A stretch of 63,897 nucleotides of DNA, the filler included, from Hyphochytrium catenoides (taxonomy: Eukaryota; Protista; Hyphochytriomycota), in assembly GCA_900088475.1 (NCBI GenBank). It is 13 parts of 13 records of this genome, joined end to end, with 100 filler letters (N's around TTAATTAATTAA, not from the genome) between each part and the next. Parts side by side here need not be neighbours in the genome. Positions count along the whole stretch, not along the records: positions 1 to 26,688 come from FLMG01003933.1; positions 26,789 to 28,806 come from FLMG01002415.1; positions 28,907 to 30,838 come from FLMG01000964.1; positions 30,939 to 38,404 come from FLMG01003381.1; 9 more parts are not named here. One strand, written 5' to 3'. The position numbers and the translations under genes were made by a program. The number at the start of each line of letters is the position of its first letter. Position 1 is the stretch's first letter. Below the pieces are notes generated by a model. That model was not told the DNA's origin. It saw nothing but the letters and a program-made list of their open reading frames with translations, and did not search any database. Shown piece by piece: positions 22,934 through 34,557 of this stretch.

Positions 22934-25437
22934 TGCCGCCGAAGTCGTAAGTCTCTCCAAGGTTCTGCGCTTGCTCGAGCTTAATTGATATACTTATTCC
23001 TCTTAATACACAGGGCCAAAAAGAAGAAGGGCGATGGCAAAGATAGCGGTGAGACAGCAGTCCAAGAAGAGTAAGTGGAGTCTTGAAGGGCCCTCACTTT
23101 CAATGAAGATCACCTCATATCCTGCAATAGGCTCCGACACCTGAAGGCCAAACTCCTATTGCTGGAATCTCAACTGACGGAGGAGCGAGAGCTTTCTAGC
23201 TGTTTAAACAAGCAGATTTTAGCGAAGGATGAGAGGATTGTGGAGTTGCAGGTTCAAGCGCGGCGAGAGCAATCAAAGCACGCGGCCGACTCCACAGCTA
23301 GTCAGGAAGAGGCTATCACGGTTCATAACGAGGTCCAGCACACTGTGAAGGTTAGGCTATTCCAAGCTGAGCACTAAGGGTCAAGCTTGTCTTACCATCT
23401 ATAAACACCTTGGCCCACAGTCTTTGGAGGAGAAGATCGCATTGCTGCAGCAAGATCTTGCAGCGTACAGCATCGTGGAGAAGGAGAATATATTCCTCCG
23501 AAAGCGAGTAGAGGAGCTACGGCAGGAGCTTACCCAGCAGACACAAGTGAGTCATAGAGTACTCCTATAGCACTATGGCGATGAAAGCTGTCACTTATAT
23601 CCGACCTGTACCAGGCTCACTCTGAGGATATGGCCAAGACGAAGAAAGACATGTTTAATCTTAGAGTACAGCTTGAACAGGTTTGACACTTCTTGCGCCC
23701 ATGTCTTTATCCTTGAACCTCACTTTACGTCCAAACTTCGCATTAATGACCCCATCCTCAGACCTTCCGAAAGACTGTCCAGGAAATGGACGAGAAGTAC
23801 CATCGGATAGCATTCGACGAGATGTCAAGCGAGAGTAAGGTAAGGCCTACGCGTGGGCTACCTTTATCAAAAGATGAGCTTGACCACAAACTGTTTAACG
23901 TGTAGAATGCGCTGGTGGCCAACGCAAAGCTAAAGGATGAGCTTTCAATGCAGAGTGTGGGGGTAGAGAGTCTGTTAGATCGTTGCACAGGGCTAGAGGC
24001 TGCGTATCAGAAGATGGTAAGTCCTAGAGCACTTCGGAGGGATGGCAATCTAGACTCGGAAGACGTTGACACAAATTTTGCTTCTTCCTCAGAAAGTTGA
24101 AAAGGATATTTTAGAGAATAGCAACGCCTTGCAGCTAAAGCAGGTACTTGTCATACACTGTGGCTTTTTGTCAGCATTTTCTATGTCTTATCGTCTCTTT
24201 CCTATCCCTTGCTCTCCCTCAACGTCTAATTGCTCTAAGTAACTGGGCAGTCCAGTTCTCACCTCTGCCGCTTCATCTCCTGTCTGGCGTACTCCAATAA
24301 ACTTGCTTGTGACATGGAAGATTGGCCTTATGAAGCGACAGAAGAACGAGTTTGAAGCTAGGATATCGGATCTGCAGGTGCTGCATAGTGTTCCCCTTCT
24401 GACAGCTCACAAGGGCGCTTAATCGCCTTTCTTACGTCACCGTCAAAGCGCAGATCGCTTTGAAGATGGCCCAAAACAAGGGCAATGGTAGCAGCAGTAG
24501 CTTAATGGTTCATCAAGAAGACAGCGAAGACCGCCAAGCAGTTCGAGAACAGCTGCAAAAGTATGTAGCGCTTCATGAGAAAGCCCAGGTAAGTCACTCA
24601 TTCCTCTGCCCTCCATGTAGTGCCTGGTCTTCCCCCTCGTTGTATTGGCGCTCAACCTAGCTGGACTCTGAAGGACGTCCACCCGTACGGCCAACGGCTC
24701 ACCATTCGCTGTTTCTTCTTTAAAATTGTGTCTAGAACCGAGCGCTAAAATGGAAGAGACGCGCAATGGAGTTGACCAAGCAAACCTTATTGGCCAGCAG
24801 GTAGTTGTGCAGACTTCTTACAGTGAAGCACATGGTAGGAGCTTACGATAAAGTTTCCCGTCATCTTTGTAGTTGCTCCAACGGCACGGGAACGTCTGAG
24901 GAGCTTCTCAGGCTTGCTGGGCTGGAAAGCGGCACCAATAGTGACGCAGAAGGCCGACCACAAACAGAGCAAGCGCGAGTCCCAGGTGACGAGCTCTTTT
25001 GACAGCACATGGCTACCCGTTTTCCTTTGTATGACTGTATGACCGATGTGGCCGAAGCTAAAGTGTCATGCTTCCTCCGCATAGATATCAACTTGGAGAA
25101 CTATGAGACTATCATGGCTATATGGAAGAGTTCATCACCCAGACGCAATATAGGCGACGCGCCGGCTCTTCCCCCGCCAAAAGCGTCAAACAACTTTCCC
25201 TGGAATCTCACTGGCGGTAATACCTCGAAGCCCAGCTCAGCCACCGCATCCCCAAAGATGGCTGGCATTCGTCGTCCTCAAACTTGCACTCCATCTCTCC
25301 CGTCATCTGCTACTAGAAGCTCAGCTCTTCAGACAGCAGGCATGGGAGTTATGAAAAAAAAGGGTGGGTCTACCATGCCCACTTTAGCACCAGCGTCACC
25401 TACTAGTCTTTTGTCTAGTCAGTCGTCAGCCATTTGA
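22934..25437 (+). CDS. CFAP157: Coiled-coil cilia/flagella-associated protein, CFAP157-like, many short exons
   Basis: MPPK...KKKKGDG start. In-frame spliced coiled coil includes KKDMFNLRVQLEQTFRKTVQEM...AFDEMSSESKNALVANAKLKDELSMQSVGVESLL...KVEKDILE, followed by a low-complexity C-terminus ending at TGA 25435-25437. Confidence 0.65.
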
Positions 25438-25687
25438 ATGTAGGGACGACGCTATGATTGTAGGCAGGAGGTGACGGGAACCCATCAGTCTTTGTTGCGT
25501 CATCCTCTGCAAGCAGCAGCCTACACCTACCCTCATCTATCCTCATAGAGCTTCATGATGTGCTAAGAAGGGAAGGGAGTTTGATATATGCAAATGACTC
25601 GTTTACCAGATTAAACAAAGGCGTTCGTTCTGATGCCTTCACGCAGATGTCAGGCCCTGTTCTTATATTTTGCGTGTAAATGACGGT

Positions 25688-26590
25688 TCATTGAGCGTTA
25701 TCCTGGCTCCTTGTTACGGTTAGTGGAGTTTCCCAATGGCGATGGGCGAGGGTGGAAGGTGATGGGCACGCGCGCATATACAGCGATCCACATGTAGAGC
25801 ATCCTTGGCAAGCGGTTAGGGGACAAAAACGAATAGGGTCAGAGGATAAAGCGAGGCTAATAGGGTTCCCATCGGATGACAGGGATATATGGAGAACGAT
25901 TGGGTAAGATGAAGAGGGAGAGGCGATAGAGAGAGTTATCGACAGCAACTGCACTGGTTAGGGCCATGCACGGACAATTCTCATCAGGAAAGTAGCAAAA
26001 GAAAAGGAGGAAGAATAAAATCCAGAACGGGAGGGAGAGAGAGCGAGAGGGAAGGAGAGAGAGGGGGAAGGGGAGAGAAGGAGAGAGAGGGAAAGGGACT
26101 TCCGTAAAAGGAACTGGGCACTTCTCTTTGCCTGTCTTTCTCTTACCATGCACAGATCTCTCTCTCTCTCTCCCCTCAGAGAGACGTAAATAACTCTCTT
26201 TCCCTCTCTCCCTCTCCCTCTCCTTCCCTCTCTCTCTCTCTCTCTCTCTTTCTCCTCTCTTCTCTGTCTCTCTCTCCCTCTTGACACCGTGCAGGTCCCA
26301 GGCCGTGCCACTGCGGCCCTTCTGTGGCCCGGGAGGAGAGAGAACAATGAAAGCCTCTCACTACCGTTTTGTCAGCGATGCATATCGCTCTATCGCAGAT
26401 CCAAATACCTCAATCAGGAATACATGACATACTAATCCAAATGAGTACGGTAACATCCCACCCACTCTGTTTTCCCATAAGACAGTCTTAACTATGAAAA
26501 GTAAGATTGGGTGGGTAGGCGTATGGAGAATTGGTGGTTTCATTTGGGACCGGTAACGGCCACGGTGGCGCTGTTGGGACTGCTGGGCAA
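25688..26590 (-). CDS. Possible 3' exons of an unidentified gene cut by the contig end
   Basis: Short AG/GT-bounded segments (...KTVLWENRVGGMLPYSFGLVCHVFLIE / KGRSGTAWDLH / QLLSITLSIASP...) separated by CT-rich intron-like tracts. No family recognised. Confidence 0.3.
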
Positions 26591-26688
26591 AGGTGAGAGG
26601 ATGGGATGTCCAGGGAAAGAGGAGAGAGGGAAGAGCAGATGACTAAGAGGTGATGGTGATCGAGCCAAGAAAGAGAGAGAGAGAGAGA

Positions 26689-26788
26689 NNNNNNNNNNNN
26701 NNNNNNNNNNNNNNNNNNNNNNNNNNNNNNNNTTAATTAATTAANNNNNNNNNNNNNNNNNNNNNNNNNNNNNNNNNNNNNNNNNNNN
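26689..26788. other. Artificial contig linker (44 N + TTAATTAATTAA + 44 N). Identical linkers at 28807-28906, 30839-30938, 38405-38504, 41600-41699, 45008-45107, 46225-46324, 56054-56153, 57644-57743, 58975-59074, 61026-61125, 62503-62602
   Basis: Twelve identical 100-nt spacers, each carrying a six-frame stop cassette. Confidence 0.98.
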
Positions 26789-27489
26789 TACTTCAAACCT
26801 CGCCTCAGCTGCGTGACTCTGTACTCCATCTCTTTTTATGTACTTTAGCGAGGACGACAGCTCCCTTCCTACCAAACCGACTAGTCTCTTCTTAGATGTT
26901 GACTTGTGGGGTACTTGGGAAATTGGAAAGGGAGATTAGAATGGAGTGGCGGCCGGACTAGAAGATGCGGCCTTATCCGCATCGATCCGAGGACTCGGAT
27001 GCCTCACAGCCACCCATTTAGATGGTGATTTAATTGCCATAGATAATACTAGCTGCTAACTATGCTATCTTGTAATGGCGATATCTCAGCAACTAGAAAG
27101 AGTTAGAAGCTGAGATTTTGGACAGTAAAAGGACTGCCGTCCATACTACCGGACCCTACATACAATATAGTCAAGGGGATTCTGATCAACATATGTCCAT
27201 CCAAGTTCCTCCCCCCAACGAATACCTCGCCAAACGCCCCGATACTGCTGCCCGCGCCTTGGCAGCCCCTGAACGAACCAGCAGACAGCGTATGCGGCAA
27301 CCACGATTCAGCTTCGATAGATCCGTGTTCACCTCCCTTGGCCGTTGCGAAAACCTGCGCGGATGCCCAGACAGTCTACAACCCCCTTGTCCAAACCCAG
27401 CACGAGCAACCGATTCCCCACAACAAGTGCCTCCCTCCCGCATTCCGCTTTTCTAACGCCGACTTCAACAAGAAGACTCTATTTTCTCC

Positions 27490-28755
27490 ATGGCTAATCA
27501 CCTTATAAACTCCTTATCACCCAATGAACCCCGAACGATAGAGGAGGTTCTTTCTGGACCGGATGCGTCGGAGTGGAACGCCGCTATCCTCAGTGAAATG
27601 GCATCTATGGAACAACACGACGTTTGGGAACTCGTTGAACATCCTCCAGGAGCAAACGTCATTGGGTGTACATGGGCATTTCGCGTAAAATATGGAAGTG
27701 ATGGCACCATCGATCGCTATAATGCACGGCTCGTTGCTCAAGGCTACAATTAGAACAGGGGATCAATTACAACGAGGCCTTTGCGCCAGTGGTCAGCTAT
27801 GAGTCCGTCCGATGTATCCTCTCTTTAGCTGCGATGTATGACTTTGAGATTCGTCATCTGTGATGAACTTTACAGAGATGGGTGGCAATGCCTGAAGCTT
27901 CTGTATGAGCACAATCTAGATGCAATGATAACAAAGGGACTTGGTATTGATGTGTGTGGAGATTTCTCTGAATCATCACTCAGTCCTGAGAGCCTGGTCT
28001 GGACTCGAGATCTTTTGCTCGGCCCAGCTTCCCTCATCATCTCTCTCTCCTCTGCTGCTCCTGTGTTCTTCTGGAAATTCTTCTCACATCCCTCTTTCCA
28101 ATAACACAGGTGTACCCGTAACGTCTATGTCCCTGAGAGCTAGTGTGTATAGAGAGTGACTACTGTACTACTGACAACGAACATAGTAGCACTCAACAAT
28201 CTGGATATTCGTGCTGCATTTCTCCATGGAGATCTTGACGAGACCATATACATGCGCCAACCCCCGGGAATCGCTCAACCAGGACAGGAACATCTGGTTT
28301 GTAAGCTAAAGCGCAGCATTTATGGGCTCAAACAAAGTCCTCGCCAATGGAACAAAGTATTAGACAGTTATCTTCGCGACAACGGATTTGATTTGAACCC
28401 AGCTTGTGTGAACCTTGCGTCTACATCAACAGGTCCGGGGAGGATGGCAAGCCAACCATCGTGTCGACTTTCGTAGACGACCTGCTGATCTTCGCGCCAA
28501 GCAACAATCGTGCGGATCAAGTTAAAGGACTTCTAAAGGACAAGACTTAGGAGAACTCCAATACTTCCTAGGAGTAGAAGTTATTAGGGATCGAAAAAAT
28601 CAGAAGATTTACCTTCGCCAACGAAGATTTATTCAAGACCTTCTGAAGCGCTATGGCATGGAAGATTATAACCCAATCAGCACGCCTGTTACTCCCGGTG
28701 AAAACCTACCCAAGGCAGACTCTCTCTCTACACTGACTTCTGAAGAGGAGGAATT
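27490..28755 (+). mobile_element. Decayed Ty1/copia LTR retrotransposon, reverse transcriptase region
   Basis: EPRTIEEVLSGPDASEW, RYNARLVAQGY, FAPV, RHLDIRAAFLHGDLDETIYMRQPPG, CKLKRSIYGLKQSPRQW, FVDDLLI, FLGVEV. Premature TAG at 27751-27753, frameshifts and an internal insertion. Confidence 0.95.
27861..28198. mobile_element. Solo LTR (338 bp, TG...CA) nested in the copia RT, 5-bp TSD ATCTG
   Basis: Starts TGATGA and ends TCAACA. ATCTG lies at 27856-27860 and 28199-28203. Removing the insert restores the RT codons CGT CAT CTG GAT ATT (RHLDI). Confidence 0.9.
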
Positions 28756-30983
28756 TGTTATAATGTATGGGATTTGAAGACACTCTTATTTAGGTTATGT
28801 GGTCTANNNNNNNNNNNNNNNNNNNNNNNNNNNNNNNNNNNNNNNNNNNNTTAATTAATTAANNNNNNNNNNNNNNNNNNNNNNNNNNNNNNNNNNNNNN
28901 NNNNNNGTTGACCTTCATCAACCTGACGATTAGTGAAGCCCAGGCTTGCGTTGTTTGAGCTGTTCAGGTAGTGCCATGCCTGGGACTGAATTGATTAACA
29001 TAGTTCTAGTAGTCAGATGAGCTACACATTTGAGTATCCACTCCTCCAACAAGGCGCTACGGGAAGGGTTTGCTCACACATCTTTCCTGGCTTGAAAGCG
29101 TGCCACAGCCAGGTTCACCACATTTCCTACCTCGATTTTTCGTCTCTTGCCAAGGAAGGTTGCCTCTTATTTGCAAGAGCACGGACACGAATGCATTAAA
29201 GAAAAGAACACAGGCAGCAGCAGCTGGTACTGGTGGGGGAGCATTTCTAGTGCGACAAGGATGATGTAAGGAATCAGCGACGAGCTCCGAGCTCGCCCAA
29301 TGGAGGTGCTATTTTCAAACAACTCTTTACTGGCGGGCGTGGAAGTGATCTGAGGCAGAAGTTCTTGGTCATGCAATCGTTGCGTATGCCGATCTTTGGA
29401 TCACCTTCATAGCTCACGCCTTCCTTCCAAGCCCACATGAAAATCGATGCGCAATACAAAGCGAGCAACGGCAACGCTGGCCACAAAGAGGCATGCACGC
29501 TTCCTCGTCTAGAGAAAATAGTAGGACGCTAGGTTTGGTAAGGGAGCAGAAAGAAGAAAGGATAGCAATAATTGAGGAGTTCAACCTCTCTAGAGCAAGG
29601 AGGTTCTTGAGTAGAGATTGATGCAGGATCTCGTAGGTGCTAATGATGGCAAAGTATAACAGTGCTGAGTGATGGCCATGACGGCAACGAACATGGGTTT
29701 ACGCTGCAAGCCAAAGTAACACCCACCCATTATTAGCACTTTACTTTGGAGACAACAACGCACCATTGACCGCTCATCGCCATCACCGGATTAGGATTTT
29801 GGCTGCAAGAGGCCAAAGCATTGCCCTCATCAGGCATTTTCCCTTTCTACTTAAGGTTGGCTCTGATGCCTTCAGTGGTGGTCGTACGACTACGTTTCTC
29901 ACTCAGTGGGCCAGCCCTACATTGCTTGTCTACTATCGAGCTTTGTACTGTCATTAGCTCAGAACCAACCAAGTTTATTACGTCATAGCTCGTTCCGTCC
30001 TCTGCACAAACAATTTTGTCAAAGATCTGACTCACCAAGGCATCTCTGTTCACTAGAAGAGTAACTAGAGCTTCTGGCGGGTTTGTCCTCATGGAAAAGA
30101 TGAACGAAGCGCTGTCAACGCCGCACGCATTCAAGGACCACGGTCCTCCTGCTCTAGATCCTCGACTCTTTACTGTCCGCGATGGTGCTCGCTCTATTAG
30201 CAACCGCTGGAATGTTGAGACCAAGACGGAAGAAGAAGGAAAAAAGACGGAAAGAAGATGATCACGCAGATTCTACTCGTAGAAGTTATTAGAGAAGAAA
30301 TCTTCACGTGTATCTACCAGTTCCCTAATAAGGCCTTACTGTACATAATATTTGTATAGTTCTAGGATGGCGGGAACTTCAAATCCAATAATATTGTACC
30401 TGTACAGGTAGGCTTGGAGTTCTTATTCCTAGACTTGTTATGGATACCTTGACTTGCCAATACAAGTACCGAGTACGGTTCAAGTAGAATAGAGGCTACA
30501 CAAGTATTTGGTACTTGCGGACTTGGCTCTGTGAAGAGTATGCGGTAGTGCTTTTTGGTTCTTGGTTGGCATCATCGCGAAGCAGCGAGGAAGTGAGAGA
30601 TTGAGCGCCCGTCGAGGCTTGTCACTGGTCAGAAGCCACACCAAGGGACCAAGGGAAGCAGCTATCATTATAAGGCCATTATGAAGGCTTTATCTGCTCA
30701 GCACTGCTTATGGAGCGATATAGAGCAGCAACCGACAATGTGATCACAAGCGGTGTAAACCTTAGCTGCTAACTTAGTCCGTTCTTGGTGCTGCAGCTGC
30801 GGACACCAATGGGAGAAGATGGCAAACAAGAGAGGCGTNNNNNNNNNNNNNNNNNNNNNNNNNNNNNNNNNNNNNNNNNNNNTTAATTAATTAANNNNNN
30901 NNNNNNNNNNNNNNNNNNNNNNNNNNNNNNNNNNNNNNTACATCTCTTGGGTCGCAAGTCATTCTAATGTTGAAAGCCGTACT

Positions 30984-31645
30984 TTTATTTAGTTACTAGT
31001 TGAGAAACTAATAAGCGGAGTAACTACACACTAGACGTGCAAGTACGAGTACCGTACTGTCGTCTCTACCACCTCCACACTCCACCACACCACCACTACT
31101 ACAGGTAGAGAAGACCTCCGGCAACAGCTCCAGGAAGCTGACCAAAGATCGCATCCTCCATATGCGCAGGCAGGGGCATCCGGTGGGAGACCATTTCAGC
31201 ATTGCAACGTTGCAAGAGGACAGAGATTCGTCTGTAAGCGGTGGTAGTGAGACATGAGAGAGGAAGACCTACACTCCCACACCTATCAAAGATAGCCCTA
31301 AGCCATTCTTTCAAGGTCAAATGAACGGTTTCCGTTGCCCCGCCAAAGGACTCCCACGCCAAGGGCCGGAAACCATAGCCTTGGTCCTCACATTCCTCGG
31401 CGTAAAGGGCAATTTTCCTCCTATGGGCATGCTCTGCGATGTATCCTGTCCGAGCCGCTGCATAAGGTAGGGTGTTGAGTTGCACCGAGTCGGAGACAGT
31501 AACGTCAAAGAGCGTGCAGACTCTTTGAGGCTCAAATCCCTCAATGGCCAGGTCACCTGGGCGATGACCATTGGGTAATACCCTGTCTGGAGGTTCAGCT
31601 CTGGCCAGAAGTCCTGCCGAACGAGCTAGGCCTAGGAGGAGGTCC
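30984..31645 (-). mobile_element. 5'-truncated non-LTR retrotransposon with a restriction-like endonuclease domain (CRE-like), 13-bp TSD
   Basis: Open frame DLLLGLARSAG...HRPGDLAI...LFDVTV...RRKIALY...C...GYGFRPLAWESFGG...YRRISVLLQRCNA, with a short 3'UTR ending A-rich. TGAAAGCCGTACT is duplicated at 30971-30983 and 31646-31658. Confidence 0.88.
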
Positions 31646-31985
31646 TGAAAGCCGTACTATGCCTCCGTCCATCGATCCTTTGGGTCGGCGCCGCCGTCCA
31701 TTGTCGCTGCTGTCAAACCTGCTGGCACCATGGACCTAGGAAGAAAAGCTCTCTTGTCCACAAAGAAGACAAGCTTAGTAAGCAAACGCCACAGCACTCT
31801 GGCTTTCTATTCCTAGATTGCCTTCTGCCTTCTCCCTCCTCTTCTCGCTCCCTCATCATCTCAGAAGAGCTGCTCCTCCCTCCATCATAGTCGGACCTCG
31901 CACCACTTTCGATCTGAACCTACCCACCCACCCACTATGCCAAGCTCTATCATGTGGGGATGGGTGGGCGATGTCCAGCTTGCAA

Positions 31986-32033
<48 letters not shown>

Positions 32034-32964
32034 AAGAGAGAGGAGACAAGGGAGAGAGTGAAAGAGAGAGAGAGAGAGGGAGAGCGCGAGAGAGAAAGAG
32101 GGAGAGAGAGTTGTGAGAGAGAGATAAAAGTGTGAGAGATAAACAGAGAGAGAGAGAGAGAAAGAGAGAGACAAAAGAAAGCTGGAACAGGTGTGGGGAG
32201 CTTTTGAAAAACCGCGCTCGTCTCTTCTACTTCCTAGTAGATTCTTGGAATCTTCGTCCTGTGGTGGTGCTGATGGTCATCCTCCTGGAAAGAGAAGGAT
32301 AGAAAGGGAAGAAGAGTTCAAGGAATTGAAGGTGGGCGTGCTGGTGCAGGTGGCGGCCGTGGCCCGCTGTGTGCAGTGCCGCCACTGTCGCCAGTCATCC
32401 CTGTTGTTGCCTCGCTCCTCCCTGCCCACCGGCTCTTGAAGAAGAAGACTTGGCTTGTGCATCAAGCTTGAGAGAGAAGAAGGAGGCGGCGAGGGAAGAG
32501 GGAGACAGGCAGAGGACAGCAAACAGTGCTGAGGAAAGCAAGAGAAAAGAGGCGTGACTGACTGAACCGACATGTTGACCGAAGGGACCTGCCGCTTCTG
32601 TTGAGCTGAGGCTCTCGCTCTGGCTTGTTGCCGTCCACCCGGTGTTCTTGTTGGCAAGCAGCGCGCGCAGAACCTCCAGCAGCAGCAGCCACCACTCATC
32701 ATGGTAGAGGATAGAAGCTTGACAAGAAAGGGGCAGCAGTCCAGGATCCTTCAGCTCATGAAGAGAAAGAAGGAAGACAGCGCTGGGTGGAAGGAAGAGG
32801 AATAAAAGACAAGAGAGGAAACAGTGGCCGTCCATAATGTGGCCTAGTGGCGTACCTCTCACTTGGCCTCTGGCGCCAGAGGAGAACCCCACAGCGCCTC
32901 AGTCCGTACCTTCTTCTTCCAGATCGTTTCGCTTTAGAGTCTCCTCTCTTTCTGAACAGGTCCC

Positions 32965-33001
<37 letters not shown>

Positions 33002-34285
33002 CTCCACTGGATATTTTTTAATAGCCTGTTTCTCTCTCTCTCGTCTTCTCTTTCTGTCGCAAGTGGGGCATGTGAGCTGGGAGGGTTGACATACGGCCTG
33101 ACGTGCCCGTTGGACCATTTGTCATAGCTTGGTTGGCTGGCAGCATCCTCTTCTTTGAGGAGTTGAGATGGCGGTAGAGAAGGAACGCGTTTCTCTCGCT
33201 TTCTGTCCGACGCCCAGACCAGACATCCATCTTATGTCTTCTTTGCTCTCTCTCTCTCTCTCTCTTCTCTACCTAGGCCCTGTCTCTTTCTTCCCTCTCT
33301 TCATCTTTCTCTCTCTCCCTTTCTCTCGTCTTCCTTCTGCTCCATCTTTAAGGAGCAAACCCTCCTTTATTGTTAAGTAAAATATCCCTTTTCCCCTTTG
33401 TCTTCGGGCACTTCTGATCTCCTCTGAGCTTTCCTTTGCCCTCCTGCTGCTTCTTCTCCTCTCTTTCTTCTCTCCCTTCTCTCTATCTCTGTCCCTCTCT
33501 CTCTCCTCTTTCCTCCTCCGTTTGCGCCAGCAGGAAGAGGTTCAACAAGTCAGAGCCGCTGATGGTCTGACTCTTGGGGCTGCGGAAGTGCATACACAGG
33601 ACACTGCTCGCAACACGTTGCACCGTTTGATGACCATCAGCGTCCTCCTTCCGCTGGCCAATGCTCTCAGTTAACCTCTCCTCCATGGCCTGTCTCTCTC
33701 TCTCTTCTCTCTTTGGGTCTGTCTCTCTCGTTCTCTCTCTACTAGGTTCTGTCTCTTTTTCTGAAAGCCCACCCTTCGCTGTCGGCAGCGACAGACATCA
33801 TGATAGCGCTCTGAACCCGAAGGACATGAACGCTATATAATATATCTCATAGCTATGCCCAAGAAAAGGACGAAGTTTTCTCTCCTTTGTCTCTCTCTCT
33901 CTCTTTCCTGTCCGTCCTGCTTTATCAGGTCGTCTCGCAGGCAAGCGTGAGCTGAGGTCGACCTACACCTCAGAAGCTGTGACCTGAACGTGAGGCCGCA
34001 ATCCCCATTACTAACCTCTGCCTTGCTTCAACTTCCGTCGTGGACGTCTGACTTCCCGCTACTGCGGAGTTGGGCAGAGAGAGATGACAGAAGCAGCTTG
34101 AGATGACTAATTGTCAGTGTTTCTGCTCTTTGTCTTGCTCCTCCGCCAGCTGTTGGGTCACTGCTGCGATGGCTTCGCCGAGGAGAAGATGCCGGGGGGA
34201 TGATGGACAGCCAACCATCCGACGGACAGTAAGAGACGGCTTAGCAAGAACTCCAGCACTCGCCTCTCCGTTCTCAAGCTTCATT

Positions 34286-34325
<40 letters not shown>

Positions 34326-34557
34326 CAAATTGGCCATCAACTCAGCTCAAGCGCTGCTGGTGGTCATCTCATTCTCCAATTTCCAACACCAGGAGCAGAC
34401 CTTCCGGTTGCAGCTAACTAAGAGGCAAGCCCAACTACACGCCAGCCCTACTACCAGCAGCAAGCACCATCCCGTTTTCCCTTTGGCTTCGTCTGTCTCT
34501 CGCCCATTTGAAGACATTTGCATAGATCTCCCTCCTCGTCTAGCATCAGACTGACCA

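Noticed and set aside
28907-30838. Fragmentary minus-strand ORFs and CAAGTA/TACTTG motif clusters suggesting a decayed element
   Set aside because: No diagnostic protein motif, TIR or TSD could be identified.
33926-34000. Stem-loop with CTGAG...ACCTGA resembling a TPP riboswitch
   Set aside because: It lacks the full conserved core (ATACCC..., CCTGAT...ATGC/ACC...GGGA), and there is no thiamine gene nearby.
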